A DNA stretch of 32,564 bases from Saprospiraceae bacterium (GCA_047631875.1 JBLIAZ010000003.1:1-32564), one strand, 5' to 3'; counted from the first letter of the stretch, positions 15,984 to 26,926 are shown. Translations and numbers: made by a program. The notes: generated from the letters alone by a model not told the origin.

Positions 15984-16018
15984 ATTATTTGTGTTTTATT
16001 TTCTTCGTTTTCAGGGTG

Positions 16019-16048
16019 CAAATTTAGATTATTAATATCGATAACAAA
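16019..16048 (-). promoter_or_regulatory. Sigma-A promoter TTTG-N18-TAAATTTG for the hup operon
   Basis: -7 at 16026-16019 and -33 at 16048-16045. Confidence 0.65.
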
Positions 16049-16182
16049 AACTTTAATCAGAAAATTTTTTAAGGAAATGTCTGAGGCTCAAAAATTAACG
16101 ATAATTTCGACATTTGGTGTGTGCCCAAGAAAGAAGTTAATTTTGTTGATCACATTTTAAAACAGAAGTCTTACATTATTTT

Positions 16183-17217
16183 ATGAAGAGTTTTTCAGGT
16201 GAACTAATTTCGTGGTACAAACAAAACAAAAGGGATCTTCCCTGGAGACACACTGTTGAACCATACAGAATTTGGCTTTCTGAGATCATGTTGCAGCAAA
16301 CCCGAGTGGAGCAAGGTTTACCGTATTACAACAGGTTTTTGACACTATTCCCTACCGTTTTTGATTTAGCTTCAGCCTCAGAACAGGAGGTGTTAAATGC
16401 TTGGAAGGGTTTAGGATATTATTCTCGGGCAAGAAGACTGCATGCGGCAGCAAAACAATTAGTTGATAATAAGAATGGCAAATTCCCTGTGACTTTTCAA
16501 GAATTACAAAACTTACCAGGTGTAGGAAGTTACACTGCCGCAGCAATAGCAAGTTTTTGTTTTAGTGAAGCTGTTCCAGTTGTTGACGGAAATGTATACA
16601 GGGTACTATCAAGATTGTACGGCATGTCAATTCCTATTGACACAGGTAAAGGAAAAAAAACGTTTTTTGATTTGGCATCTGAACTCATTGATAAAAGCAG
16701 GCCAGCGTTATTTAACCAAGGAATCATGGAGTTTGGAGCATTGCAATGTGTCCCCAGGAATCCCGATTGCGAAAATTGTCCTTTTGTAAACTCGTGTGAA
16801 GCTTTTCATTTGAAAAAAGTGAATGAATTTCCAGTGAAAAGCAGGAAAGTCAAACGAAAGTCAAGGTATTTCACGTATTTAGTTGTTGAAAATAATGGCA
16901 AATACTTAACAAACAAGCGCGGAGAAAAGGGGATTTGGGCAAACATGCAAGAGTTTCCTTTGGTTGAAACCTCACAAGAAGTGAGTAGTATTGAAGAAAT
17001 GTCAAAAGCAAAATTAGCTGATCTCCCATTCGTATTTAAGTTAGAATCGTTAGTTGATTATAGGAAACACATTTTAACTCATCAAGATATTTTTTACACC
17101 TTTTGGAAGGTTCAATTAGAAAGTAATGTCAATGAGTTGTTCAAATACCATGACAAAGAAGAGCTCAATGAAATGCCTTTTCCTAAATTGTTAGAAAATT
17201 TCATTTTAAATCTTTAG
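16183..17217 (+). CDS. mutY: A/G-specific adenine glycosylase
   Basis: RDLPWR, SEIMLQQT, GLGYYSRA, HhH LPGVGSYTA, VDGNV and 4Fe-4S C-X6-C-X2-C-X5-C. Confidence 0.96.
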   Translation: MKSFSGELISWYKQNKRDLPWRHTVEPYRIWLSEIMLQQTRVEQGLPYYNRFLTLFPTVFDLASASEQEVLNAWKGLGYYSRARRLHAAAKQLVDNKNGKFPVTFQELQNLPGVGSYTAAAIASFCFSEAVPVVDGNVYRVLSRLYGMSIPIDTGKGKKTFFDLASELIDKSRPALFNQGIMEFGALQCVPRNPDCENCPFVNSCEAFHLKKVNEFPVKSRKVKRKSRYFTYLVVENNGKYLTNKRGEKGIWANMQEFPLVETSQEVSSIEEMSKAKLADLPFVFKLESLVDYRKHILTHQDIFYTFWKVQLESNVNELFKYHDKEELNEMPFPKLLENFILNL

Positions 17218-17260
17218 AACAATTCATATCTTAGTACTCTAGTTCTGAAAACAGTAAATT

Positions 17261-17701
17261 ATGGCAGGAGTAAATAAAGTTATTTTAGTTGGAAACATTG
17301 GTAAAGATCCTGAAATTAGATACTTGGATGGTGGAGTTGCAGTAGCAAACTTCCCTCTTGCCACTTCGGAGACATACAAAGACAAAACTGGAAACAGGGT
17401 TGAACAAACAGAATGGCATAACATTGTATTGTGGAGGGGGTTGGCAGAGGTGACTGAAAAGTATTTAAGGAAAGGAAGTCAAATTTACATTGAAGGAAAA
17501 ATAAGAACGCGCACTTGGGATGACAAGGATGGCATTAAAAGGTACACTACCGAAATAGTAGCTGATAAGATGACAATGCTTGGAGGACGAAAAGACGAGG
17601 GAAGTGCTGGGAATCAAGCTGCGCAAAATAAAAATACGTCATCCTCATCATCATCCACCACCACGTCGCCTCAAAAAGAGTCGGACGATTTACCATTTTA
17701 A
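17261..17701 (+). CDS. ssb: Single-stranded DNA-binding protein
   Basis: [12 protein letters not shown] and C-terminal DDLPF. Confidence 0.97.
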   Translation: MAGVNKVILVGNIGKDPEIRYLDGGVAVANFPLATSETYKDKTGNRVEQTEWHNIVLWRGLAEVTEKYLRKGSQIYIEGKIRTRTWDDKDGIKRYTTEIVADKMTMLGGRKDEGSAGNQAAQNKNTSSSSSSTTTSPQKESDDLPF

Positions 17702-17711
17702 ATTTAATTAA

Positions 17712-19049
17712 TTGGCAGACCCCATAGGATACTTGGTTTCATCAAAAATGTTTTTAATGACAAACAGTTTGTTAACTCAGTCTGATGTTATAATGATTTT
17801 GGCGATGCTTTTTTTTATGGTTGTTTTGCTGGCGATGTCAGCATTTATATCGGCCTCAGAAGTCGCTTTTTTCTCCTTAAAAAAGTCTGAAATACAAGAG
17901 CTTTACGACAACAAGAATAAAGCAGGTAAAATTGCGGCGGACTTGGTGAAGAATCCTAAAAAGCTACTCACTACCATCCTTATTTTTAACAACACGATTA
18001 ACATTGGCTTGGTGTTATTGTCTGTTGTTTTTGTAAATAAAATTAAAGTTTTTGGAGGTTCTGAACTAATATATACAGGGATTCAAGTAATTGTGGTTAC
18101 CTCAGTGTTGCTCTTGTTTGGTGAGATTCTTCCTAAAATATACGCCACTAAAAAAGGAATCAAAACAATCTTATTTATGGCAAGACCTATCTTGTTTTTG
18201 AGTGTGATATTTCATTTGTTTTCGAAGGCATTGATATCTATTTCTAGTTTATTCGATAAAATATTCAAGGAGGAAAAAAGAAATATTTCGGTGGGTGAAT
18301 TATCAAAAGTCCATGACATTGTTGAAAATCATCATGGAAATGAGCAGGAGAAAAAAATGCTTGATGGGATATTGGAATTTGGTAATACCGATGTGAAAAT
18401 GGTCATGAAGCCTAGGGTTGATGTGATAACCATAGACATCAATCAAAGTTTTCACGAAGTAAAAGAGTTAATTTTGTCGTCTGGATTTTCTAGGATTCCA
18501 GTTTACGAAAAAAGTTTTGATAAAATAAAAGGAGTATTGTATGTAAAAGATTTATTGCCTCATCTTTCAAAAGACGATGATTTTGAATGGCAAATAATCG
18601 TTAGAAAACCCTTCTTTGTTCCTGAAAACAAAAAATTAGATGATTTGTTGATTGCATTCCAAGAAAAGAAAATTCATTTGGCGATTGTTATTGACGAGTA
18701 TGGGGGAACTTCAGGTATAGTGACGATGGAAGATGTCCTTGAAGAAATAATTGGAGACCTTAGGAACGAATTTGATGAAGAGCGCCTTGAGTATTCAAAA
18801 CTTGATGAGAGTACTTACGTGCTGGAAGGAAAAATTCAGCTGAAGGATTTGTATCGTATATTGTCAATAGAAGGCGACGGTTTTGATGAACAGAAAGGAG
18901 ATTCAGATACCATAGCAGGTTTTATTTTGGAACAAAAAGGTGATTTCCCTTTTGAAGGCGAAAGAATAGCGTTCAATAATTATGTTTTTACTGTAGAGGC
19001 TATGGATAAAAAAAGAATTAAAAGAGTAAAACTTGAAATTGAACCATGA
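17712..19049 (+). CDS. gldE: Gliding motility-associated protein GldE (DUF21-CBS-CorC)
   Basis: SASEVAFFSL, FGEILPK, FSRIPVY, DEYGGTSG and a CorC domain. The ssb-gldE-gldD order is typical. TTG start. Confidence 0.88.
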   Translation: MADPIGYLVSSKMFLMTNSLLTQSDVIMILAMLFFMVVLLAMSAFISASEVAFFSLKKSEIQELYDNKNKAGKIAADLVKNPKKLLTTILIFNNTINIGLVLLSVVFVNKIKVFGGSELIYTGIQVIVVTSVLLLFGEILPKIYATKKGIKTILFMARPILFLSVIFHLFSKALISISSLFDKIFKEEKRNISVGELSKVHDIVENHHGNEQEKKMLDGILEFGNTDVKMVMKPRVDVITIDINQSFHEVKELILSSGFSRIPVYEKSFDKIKGVLYVKDLLPHLSKDDDFEWQIIVRKPFFVPENKKLDDLLIAFQEKKIHLAIVIDEYGGTSGIVTMEDVLEEIIGDLRNEFDEERLEYSKLDESTYVLEGKIQLKDLYRILSIEGDGFDEQKGDSDTIAGFILEQKGDFPFEGERIAFNNYVFTVEAMDKKRIKRVKLEIEP

Positions 19050-19627
19050 TTAAAGTAATGGTAAAGTGTTTTGTTATACTGATATTGCTCATGGTTGTGG
19101 CCTGTGATGATGAAGTTGTACAGCCAAAACCACCTGGTTACTACAGGATAGATTTACCAACAAGAGAGTATCAGTATTCAAATACGAATTGTCCTTTCGA
19201 GTTTAAAGTATCTGATCAATCCACACTTTCAGTAAGTAAAAAAAACGAAGCGGATTGTTATTTTGACTTGGAATACCCAAAGTTTAATGCCACAGTGTAC
19301 TTGTCATACCTGCCGGTGGAAGGCAATTTGAAATCATTAGTAGATCAGGAATATGATTTACGGGAAAAGCACAATTCGTTTTCAACTGGCACTGTGGAAC
19401 GGCTTTACAAGGATGAGCAAGCGAATGTCAGTGCCATGATGTTTGATGTAAAGGGAGTAAGAGCTGCAACGCCCTTGCAGTTTTTTATCACTGATAGCGT
19501 AAACCATTTTTTTAGAGGAGCTTTGTATTTTTATAATTCCCCTAACAACGACTCTTTAGCACCTGTAATCAAATACATTCGAGAGGACATTGACACCCTT
19601 GTGGCGACATTCAGGTGGGAAAAATAA
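19046..19627 (+). CDS. gldD: Gliding motility lipoprotein GldD
   Basis: Lipobox VVA-C, PKPPGYYRIDLP, QFFITDSVNHFFRGALYF and PNNDSLAP. ATGA overlap with gldE. Confidence 0.92.
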   Translation: MIKVMVKCFVILILLMVVACDDEVVQPKPPGYYRIDLPTREYQYSNTNCPFEFKVSDQSTLSVSKKNEADCYFDLEYPKFNATVYLSYLPVEGNLKSLVDQEYDLREKHNSFSTGTVERLYKDEQANVSAMMFDVKGVRAATPLQFFITDSVNHFFRGALYFYNSPNNDSLAPVIKYIREDIDTLVATFRWEK

Positions 19628-19648
19628 TGCTTGCGATTTGCTTATTTT

Positions 19649-20482
19649 TTAAGAATGGTATTCAATTAATTTTGCAATAGGAGCTTTAATAACTAATCCA
19701 ATTGACGCATTGTGCTTTTTAGCAACTTCTTGAAGTACATCCTTGAAATAGTATGCGATTGACCCAATAAAATTCACTGGAATCTTTTGGTAACTGTCAT
19801 ACTTATGAATATGACGTTTAAAAAACTCATCAAAGCTGTCCAATATGATTCGTTTGATTGCTGTATTGTCCTTGTTTTCAATCAAAAACTTAGCGAAAGT
19901 AGCCAAGTAGGAATTTGGTGCAGGATGAGCATAAATGTCATCAAGCAGCATGTCTCTCGAAATATTATAGGTCCTTTCAAGCTTTTGAGCCATCTCACGA
20001 GGAAGTTCATTGTAAAAGTAACACTTGATTAATTCTTTCCCCAAATGACTACCAGATCCTTCGTCTCCCAACAAAAATCCTAAACTGGGATTGTTAGCAA
20101 TGACATAAGTTCCGTCGTACATGCAAGTGTTAGAACCTGTTCCTAAAATACAAGCAATACCAGGAGTTTTTCCACAAAGAGCACGGGCTGAAGCCAATAA
20201 ATCATGTTCAACCTCGATGATTGTGTCAGGGAAATGTACTTTAATAGCATCTTCCACCGATTTGCATTTTTCTTCGTTACTACAACCAGCTCCATAAAAA
20301 TACAATTCACTTACGTCACCTAAATCGAAATCTTTAAAGTCTTCGTTTAGAATTTCGGTGATTTGCTCAGTAGAATAAAAATAAGGGTTGAATCCTCTTG
20401 TTTGAATGTTTTTTACCACTGTGGAGCCGTCTGTAAAACTCCAATCGGTTTTGGTAGAACCCATGTCAGCAATTACAATCAT
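19649..20482 (-). CDS. BadF/BadG/BcrA/BcrD-type ATPase, putative N-acetylglucosamine kinase
   Basis: IADMGSTKTDW, FYGAGC, ILGTGSN and GFLLGDEGSG. Start re-assigned to ATG 20482, which places the phosphate-1 motif at the N-terminus. Confidence 0.85.
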   Translation of the reverse strand: MIVIADMGSTKTDWSFTDGSTVVKNIQTRGFNPYFYSTEQITEILNEDFKDFDLGDVSELYFYGAGCSNEEKCKSVEDAIKVHFPDTIIEVEHDLLASARALCGKTPGIACILGTGSNTCMYDGTYVIANNPSLGFLLGDEGSGSHLGKELIKCYFYNELPREMAQKLERTYNISRDMLLDDIYAHPAPNSYLATFAKFLIENKDNTAIKRIILDSFDEFFKRHIHKYDSYQKIPVNFIGSIAYYFKDVLQEVAKKHNASIGLVIKAPIAKLIEYHS

Positions 20483-20624
20483 ATCTTGTTGTGTTAGGTT
20501 AAGGTGGTGGTAAAATACACAAACTTCCAATTGAAAACAAAATGTCGTTAAAAAAACAGAAAGAAAAATCTAATACCCATGAATGAGCATCGAGATTTTA
20601 AAATCCTTTACTACCTTAGCAACT

Positions 20625-22745
20625 ATGAATTTTAATCAAAAAAGTAAAGGATTTAGTCCCGTATTATTACTACTAATTGTAGTTTGTTTTGCTGCATGTG
20701 GGATGGTGCTTTCAAAAGTGAGCACCACAAGTAAGGACACGAAAACAGGAGATTTAATAGCCAAGTTAGTTAGGAATACACACTATAATCAATTGGTAAT
20801 CAACGATGAGTTTTCAAAAAATGCTTTTGAGGCTCTACTTGATTTTAGTGATCCAAATAAGAGGTTTTTTATTCAAAAAGACATTGACGCTTTAAAAAAG
20901 CACGAATTGCTGGTTGATAACTATTTTATTAAAAGTGACTTAACTTTTTTTAACGACTTTTTCCCTTTGATTGAAAAACGAGAGGAAAAAGTAGAGAAGT
21001 TAATTTTTAAGATATTGGAAAAGCCAATTGAATTTAATGAATTGACTAACGTGCAAACTGATGCTGATTCCTTATCGTATTGTAATTCTGAAAAAGAATT
21101 AAAGCAAAGGTGGCGAAAAAATTTGGCGTTCATGATCAATGACAAATTATACTACTTGGAAAAAAAGCAAGCAAATGACACCTTGCAATCCGACACAGTG
21201 AAAGTTAAAAAGACACTGAAAGAGATGGAAATTCAAGCAAGAGAACAAGTACTAAAAAGACACAAAGAGTGGTTTAATAGGCTCTCTAAATTGGAAAAGG
21301 ACGACAGGTTATCCAATTATTTTAACGCATTACTTTCCATCTATTGCCCTCATACCCAGTATTACCCACCCAAAGACAAAGAGGATTTTGACATTGGGTT
21401 CACAGGGAAACTCGAAGGGATTGGCGCTACTTTGTCCATGAGGGAAGGATACATTAAAGTAGAAAAAATAGTAGCGGGAAGCGCGAGTTGGAAAGCGGGG
21501 GACTTAAAAGCGGGTGATTTAATATTGGAAGTTGCTCAAGGAGACGAGCCACCAGTTGATGTATACGATATGAGGCTGGACAAAGCTGTTCGGTTGATTC
21601 GTGGTCCAAAAGGAACTGAAGTGCGACTTACCATTAAAAAGGTGTCAGGGGACATTGAGGTCATATCAATTATTCGAGATTTAGTAGTCATTGAGGAAAC
21701 CTATGCCAAGTCCTTGATATTAAAAGACACTTCAAGTAATGATCGGTTTGGCTACATTCACTTGGCTAGTTTTTATGCTGATTTCAACAACAGGAATGGT
21801 AGGCGTTGCTCTAAAGATGTATTAAAGGAAATAAGAGCGCTTAAAAAACACAAGGTAAAATCTATCATATTAGACTTGCGAAACAACGGAGGAGGTTCAC
21901 TGACAGATGCGATTGAAATGGCAGGGTACTTTATTAAAGCTGGTCCGATTGTCCAAGTTGATGGTGTAGGTGAAGCGCCTAAAGTTTACTCTGATGTCAA
22001 TCCGTTGGTTCAGTATGATGGAGGGTTAATCGTGATGGTCAATGAGTTCAGTGCGTCAGCATCGGAAATTTTTGCAGCAGCCATTCAGGACTATAAAAGA
22101 GGAGTGATCATTGGAACTAATACTTACGGAAAAGGTACAGTACAACGCTTTTATCCTTTAACGCAGGTGGCCAAAGCTTACGATGTTGATATAGAAGGAC
22201 AGCAAATAGGTGAAGTAAAAGAGACTATAGCTAAGTTTTTCAGGATAAATGGGGGGGCAACTCAATTAAGAGGTGTTGCTCCGGATGTATTGTTGCCTGA
22301 CGCATACATGTATTTAGACATGGGAGAAGGTAGTAACGAATATGCTTTGGAATGGAAAGCGATTCCTAAGGCAGATTATAAGACATTTAATTATGCATAT
22401 GACATCAAAGAATTGTCTAAAAAGTCTCAAGCCAGGATTGATACTGTACGTTATTTTAAGCAAGTTGATCAAAGCGCTAAAATTTTAAAGAAAAACAGGG
22501 AGGCTTCTTTATATCCTCTGAGTTTTAAGGAGTACAAAAAGTCAAAAATAGAAAGGGAAGAACAAGCAAAAGACAATAAACCTGAAAAACAGGACATAAT
22601 GGATTGGGAAATTAGTTTTCATTCAAAAGATTCCTCAAGTTTTGAAAAGGATACCATCTCTTTGGATCGAATGGAAAAGTTTAAAGAAAGTATTAAAAAT
22701 GACAGGTACATACGTGAAGCTCTAAAGATTGGCGCTGAAATGTAA
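20625..22745 (+). CDS. prc: Carboxy-terminal processing (tail-specific) S41 protease
   Basis: PDZ GIGA, DLRNNGGG, SASASEI and GKGTVQ. The likely start is the in-frame ATG at 20625, giving a signal/anchor segment (the ORF track starts at 20583). Confidence 0.9.
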   Translation: MNFNQKSKGFSPVLLLLIVVCFAACGMVLSKVSTTSKDTKTGDLIAKLVRNTHYNQLVINDEFSKNAFEALLDFSDPNKRFFIQKDIDALKKHELLVDNYFIKSDLTFFNDFFPLIEKREEKVEKLIFKILEKPIEFNELTNVQTDADSLSYCNSEKELKQRWRKNLAFMINDKLYYLEKKQANDTLQSDTVKVKKTLKEMEIQAREQVLKRHKEWFNRLSKLEKDDRLSNYFNALLSIYCPHTQYYPPKDKEDFDIGFTGKLEGIGATLSMREGYIKVEKIVAGSASWKAGDLKAGDLILEVAQGDEPPVDVYDMRLDKAVRLIRGPKGTEVRLTIKKVSGDIEVISIIRDLVVIEETYAKSLILKDTSSNDRFGYIHLASFYADFNNRNGRRCSKDVLKEIRALKKHKVKSIILDLRNNGGGSLTDAIEMAGYFIKAGPIVQVDGVGEAPKVYSDVNPLVQYDGGLIVMVNEFSASASEIFAAAIQDYKRGVIIGTNTYGKGTVQRFYPLTQVAKAYDVDIEGQQIGEVKETIAKFFRINGGATQLRGVAPDVLLPDAYMYLDMGEGSNEYALEWKAIPKADYKTFNYAYDIKELSKKSQARIDTVRYFKQVDQSAKILKKNREASLYPLSFKEYKKSKIEREEQAKDNKPEKQDIMDWEISFHSKDSSSFEKDTISLDRMEKFKESIKNDRYIREALKIGAEM

Positions 22746-22896
22746 CCGTACCTGAATTTAATTGATTCATATTTGTACAAATATTAACATCGACTCGTTT
22801 TTTGTTAAAAAGTATTGATTTCAAAAAAGCATAAACACCATTTATTTCGTCAACTTTGAGCAAGTTCAAGAGTGATATTCAAAACGAAGTAAATAA

Positions 22897-25002
22897 ATGA
22901 AAGTTTGCATTGCAGAAAAGCCAAGTGTTGCTGGTGAAATTGCCAAGATTATAGGTGCAAGCACCCGTAAACAAGGTTATTTTGAAGGCAATGGTTATCA
23001 AGTTACTTGGACCTTTGGTCATTTTTGCACCTTAAAAGAACCTGGTGATTACTCGGATAAATACCTCAAATGGGATTTGTACTCACTACCAGTACTCCCT
23101 GAGGAATTTCAGATTAAATTAATTGAAGACCCAGGTGTCCAAAAGCAATTTAGGGTCATCGAGGAGTTAATGAAAGGGGCAACCGAGGTCATCAATTGTG
23201 GAGATGCGGGGCAAGAGGGGGAGTTAATTCAACGATGGGTATTAGAACATGCGAACTGTACAGCGCCCATTAAAAGGCTTTGGATTTCGTCTTTGACCAC
23301 TGAAGCAATCAAGGAGGGATTTAAAAACTTAATGAAATCCGAAGATTTTGATTCGCTTTTTGAAGCAGGGAAATGCCGAGCCATAGGTGATTGGTTGTAC
23401 GGAATTAACGCGACTAGGTTATTCACACTAAAACATGCTAAAAACAAACAAGTATTAAGTGTTGGTAGGGTTCAAACACCAACATTAGCCTTGATTGTTA
23501 AGCGTCATTTTGAAATTAAAAACTTTGTACCTAAAGTTTATTATGAATTAAAAACCAGGTACCGTGACACCTTATTTACTTACGAAAAAGGAAAGTTTGA
23601 AAGTAAAATGCAGGGTGCTAAAGCTTTGGAACACATTAAGGAGCACGAGTTGGTCATTAAGACCATTGCTGTAAAAAAAGGAAAAGAACACCCTCCAAAC
23701 TTGTTTGATTTAACCTCGTTGCAAGTGGAGGCGAACAACAAATTTGGGTGGAGTGCTGATGCGACGTTAAAAAACATTCAAAATTTATACGAAAAAAAGC
23801 TGGTGACTTACCCCAGGGTTGATACGGTTTTTTTGCCTAACGACCAGTATCCAAAAATCAAGGGTATATTCAATGGCTTAAAAGATTATTATGATTTATT
23901 GGCCCCATTAAAGGGGAAGAAAATTAAAAAATCAAAAAAAGTGTTCAATGATAAAAAAGTCACTGATCACCACGCAATTATTCCAACCGGAGTTCATGCT
24001 AGTGCGATTGGGGGCGATGAGCAAAAGTTGTACAAGCTGATTACTTTAAAGTTCATTGCAGCTTTTTATCCCGAATGTTTGGTGTCAAACAGCACGGTGA
24101 AAGCGGCTGTTGGAAAATTAAGTTTTAAGGCAACAGGTAGGCAAATTCTTGAGATGGGTTGGCGAGCCGTATATGATTCAGGAAAAAGTGAACAAGAAAA
24201 TACAGCTAAAAAGAATTTATTGCCAAATTTTGAAAAAGGGGAGTCTGGAAGACATGATCCTTTGTTCGAGGAAAAATTCACAAATCCTCCAAAGGAGTAT
24301 ACTGAGGCTACTTTGTTGAGAGCAATGGAAACTGCCGGGAGAGCGGTTGACGATGAAGAACTTCAGCAAATCATGAAGGATAATGGTATTGGTAGGCCGT
24401 CAACAAGAGCAAACATCATTGAAACTTTGTTTCGAAGAAAATACATTGAAAAAAATAAAAAGAAATTACTTCCAACTTCGGTAGGGATTAAGCTTATTCA
24501 ACTCATTGAGAATCCTACATTGAAATCGCCAGCGTTAACAGGACAGTGGGAGAAAAAACTGCGTGAAATTGAAGACAACAAGTACAGTTCATCTGATTTT
24601 ATAAAAGAGATGAAAGAGCTGGTGACTAATTTAACTGACGAAGTAAGAATGAGTAATCCTGCTCACACTAAAATTCGTTGTCCAAAATGTGAAATGGGCA
24701 GTATTGTTAAGGGTAAACAGGCATACGGATGTACCGATTGGAAAAATGGTTGTGATTTTACCGTTCCTTTTCAAATAGAAAATGTACTCATTTCGGATAA
24801 AAAAGTAGGGGAGTTAATTCAACAAAAGCAACTTCCCATTCAGGAAAATATCAATTTAATTCTTGATCACTGGTTTACAACTCAACTGATAAAAGAACAG
24901 GCGCCTTGCCCAAAATGTAAAAAAGGAATTGTGAAAAAAGGAAAAACAGCTTGGGGATGTTCAATGTACAATAATGGATGTGATTATTTGGTGGCGTTTT
25001 AA
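22897..25002 (+). CDS. topB: DNA topoisomerase III (type IA) with two C-terminal C4 zinc ribbons
   Basis: IAEKPSVA, DAGQEGE, GRVQTPTL, catalytic TYPRVD, DHHAIIPT and GIGRPSTR, plus two CPKC...YGC/WGC...GC repeats. Confidence 0.92.
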   Translation: MKVCIAEKPSVAGEIAKIIGASTRKQGYFEGNGYQVTWTFGHFCTLKEPGDYSDKYLKWDLYSLPVLPEEFQIKLIEDPGVQKQFRVIEELMKGATEVINCGDAGQEGELIQRWVLEHANCTAPIKRLWISSLTTEAIKEGFKNLMKSEDFDSLFEAGKCRAIGDWLYGINATRLFTLKHAKNKQVLSVGRVQTPTLALIVKRHFEIKNFVPKVYYELKTRYRDTLFTYEKGKFESKMQGAKALEHIKEHELVIKTIAVKKGKEHPPNLFDLTSLQVEANNKFGWSADATLKNIQNLYEKKLVTYPRVDTVFLPNDQYPKIKGIFNGLKDYYDLLAPLKGKKIKKSKKVFNDKKVTDHHAIIPTGVHASAIGGDEQKLYKLITLKFIAAFYPECLVSNSTVKAAVGKLSFKATGRQILEMGWRAVYDSGKSEQENTAKKNLLPNFEKGESGRHDPLFEEKFTNPPKEYTEATLLRAMETAGRAVDDEELQQIMKDNGIGRPSTRANIIETLFRRKYIEKNKKKLLPTSVGIKLIQLIENPTLKSPALTGQWEKKLREIEDNKYSSSDFIKEMKELVTNLTDEVRMSNPAHTKIRCPKCEMGSIVKGKQAYGCTDWKNGCDFTVPFQIENVLISDKKVGELIQQKQLPIQENINLILDHWFTTQLIKEQAPCPKCKKGIVKKGKTAWGCSMYNNGCDYLVAF

Positions 25003-25007
25003 TGAGG

Positions 25008-25039
25008 TTGCTTTTTATCAGTAAATAGGACTATCTTTG
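25008..25039 (+). promoter_or_regulatory. Sigma-A promoter TTG-N21-TATCTTTG
   Basis: The -7 element at 25032-25039 lies just upstream of the ATG at 25047, implying a very short leader. Confidence 0.65.
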
Positions 25040-25046
25040 CACTACA

Positions 25047-26915
25047 ATGAAACAATTATTCTCACATAAAAATGCACCCAAGTGGTTTATTTTACTGACA
25101 GATGTTGTCATTTGTTTGGCCTCACTTATCGTTTCTTATCTACTGAGGTTTGATTTTGTAATTACAGACGAAGAGTTTCAACAACTTTTTGTAGTGTCGG
25201 TCGTGTTACTTTCGGTAAGGACATTGAGTTTTATTTTTGGTCGAACATACCATGGGATTATACGGTATACAGAAAGTAGAGATATACAAGGTTTGTTTGG
25301 GATCCTTGCTTTGGGAAGTTTAAGCCTTTTGATGATCAACTTTTTTTGCTGGTATTTTGACATCAACTTTAACATTCCACGTGCGGTTATCCTAATTGAT
25401 TTCATGGTGACATTCTTTTTTATGGTACTGTTTCGCTTGACGGTTAAGCAAGTGTATGAGCAGTATAAAAACGACAACAAAGACAAGAGAGATGTGGTGG
25501 TGTATGGGGCTGACGAACTAGCTCACATGGTTAAAAAGGCCTTAGAAAGAGATGCTGGAACAAAGTACCAAGTGGTTGCATTTGTTGATGGAGGTACTGG
25601 CAGAGTTGGAAAAAAAATAGAAGGAATCAAAATAATCGACGAAGCAGACTTAGAAAGTGTGTTGAAGAAGAACAAAATTCACCACATTACAATATCAGTA
25701 CAAGACTTAAATGCTGTAAAAAAACAGCAAATTGTTGATTTGTGTTTGAAATACGATACTAGAATTTTTGATGTTCCACCTGCTGCAAAATGGATAAGAG
25801 GAGAGCTTAGTTTTAAGCAAATAAAAAGGGTTAAAATTGAAGACTTACTGGGCAGGAAGCCCATTGTGATCAGTAATGAATCAGTAGAAGAGAAGATCAA
25901 GGAAAAATGTATTTTGGTTACTGGTGCAGCCGGATCAATAGGCAGTGAACTTGTAAAGCAAGTGGCGTCTTTTAAACCTGCAAAACTTATTATTTTGGAT
26001 CAGGCAGAAACACCTTTGAATGATTTGGATTTAATAATGAGGGAAAAGTATCCTTACATCGACATTGAAACAGTCATCACTGACGTCACTAATCCAAAAC
26101 GAATGGACGAAGTGTTTTCAAAGTTCAATCCGACATTAGTTTATCATGCTGCTGCTTATAAGCATGTTCCTATGATGGAAGGTAATCCGTTGGAAGCCGT
26201 ACGTGTTAATATTTTTGGAACTAAATTAATTGCTGATTTATGTGTTAGTCATGGTGTTCAAAAAATGGTTTTTGTTTCAACAGACAAAGCAGTAAACCCA
26301 ACAAATATCATGGGTGCGTCAAAGCGAATCGCAGAAATTTATGTGCAAAGTTTAAATGGTGCAGGCGACACTAATTTTGTGACTACTCGTTTTGGAAATG
26401 TGTTAGGATCTAATGGTTCTGTGATTCCAAGATTCAGGAAACAAATTGAAAATGGAGGTCCAATTACCGTGACTCATCCAGATGTGACTCGTTTTTTCAT
26501 GACCATACCTGAAGCTTGTCAATTAATTTTAGAAGCTGGCAGTATGGGTAAAGGAGGTGAGATTTACGTATTTGACATGGGTGAATCAGTGAAAATAATT
26601 GACCTTGCGAAAAAGATGATAAAGCTGTCTCGGTTGGAGTTAGGGAAAGACATTGAAATTGCCTTTACTGGATTACGGCCAGGTGAAAAATTATATGAAG
26701 AATTATTGAATAACAAAGAAAACACCCTGCCTACTCATCATCCTAAAATCATGATTGGTAAAGTACGGGAGTATGAGATTGAGGAAATCAATAAAACCTA
26801 TGCTGATCTTTTCAAAAAGTTGTCTGCGAACGACATCGACAAAACGGTGCGGATCATGAAAAAGATTGTGCCGGAGTTCATCAGTAAAAATTCTAGGTTC
26901 GAAGTTTTTGATTAA
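25047..26915 (+). CDS. Polysaccharide biosynthesis protein, CapD/PglF/WbpM-type membrane UDP-GlcNAc 4,6-dehydratase
   Basis: Four N-terminal TMs, EDLLGR, GAAGSIGSE, HAAAYKHVP, STDKAVNP, MGASK, RFGNVLGS and GLRPGEKLYEEL. Confidence 0.92.
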   Translation: MKQLFSHKNAPKWFILLTDVVICLASLIVSYLLRFDFVITDEEFQQLFVVSVVLLSVRTLSFIFGRTYHGIIRYTESRDIQGLFGILALGSLSLLMINFFCWYFDINFNIPRAVILIDFMVTFFFMVLFRLTVKQVYEQYKNDNKDKRDVVVYGADELAHMVKKALERDAGTKYQVVAFVDGGTGRVGKKIEGIKIIDEADLESVLKKNKIHHITISVQDLNAVKKQQIVDLCLKYDTRIFDVPPAAKWIRGELSFKQIKRVKIEDLLGRKPIVISNESVEEKIKEKCILVTGAAGSIGSELVKQVASFKPAKLIILDQAETPLNDLDLIMREKYPYIDIETVITDVTNPKRMDEVFSKFNPTLVYHAAAYKHVPMMEGNPLEAVRVNIFGTKLIADLCVSHGVQKMVFVSTDKAVNPTNIMGASKRIAEIYVQSLNGAGDTNFVTTRFGNVLGSNGSVIPRFRKQIENGGPITVTHPDVTRFFMTIPEACQLILEAGSMGKGGEIYVFDMGESVKIIDLAKKMIKLSRLELGKDIEIAFTGLRPGEKLYEELLNNKENTLPTHHPKIMIGKVREYEIEEINKTYADLFKKLSANDIDKTVRIMKKIVPEFISKNSRFEVFD

Positions 26916-26926
26916 AAATCAGAAGT

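Noticed and set aside
17638-17667. TCA/CCA microsatellite-like run in ssb
   Set aside because: It encodes the normal low-complexity SSB linker ([10 protein letters not shown]).
6537-25002. uvrA, recX, hup, mutY, ssb and topB as a novel DNA-repair island
   Set aside because: The rng-hup-mutY-ssb-gldE-gldD order is ordinary Bacteroidota core synteny, and I found no shared operator.
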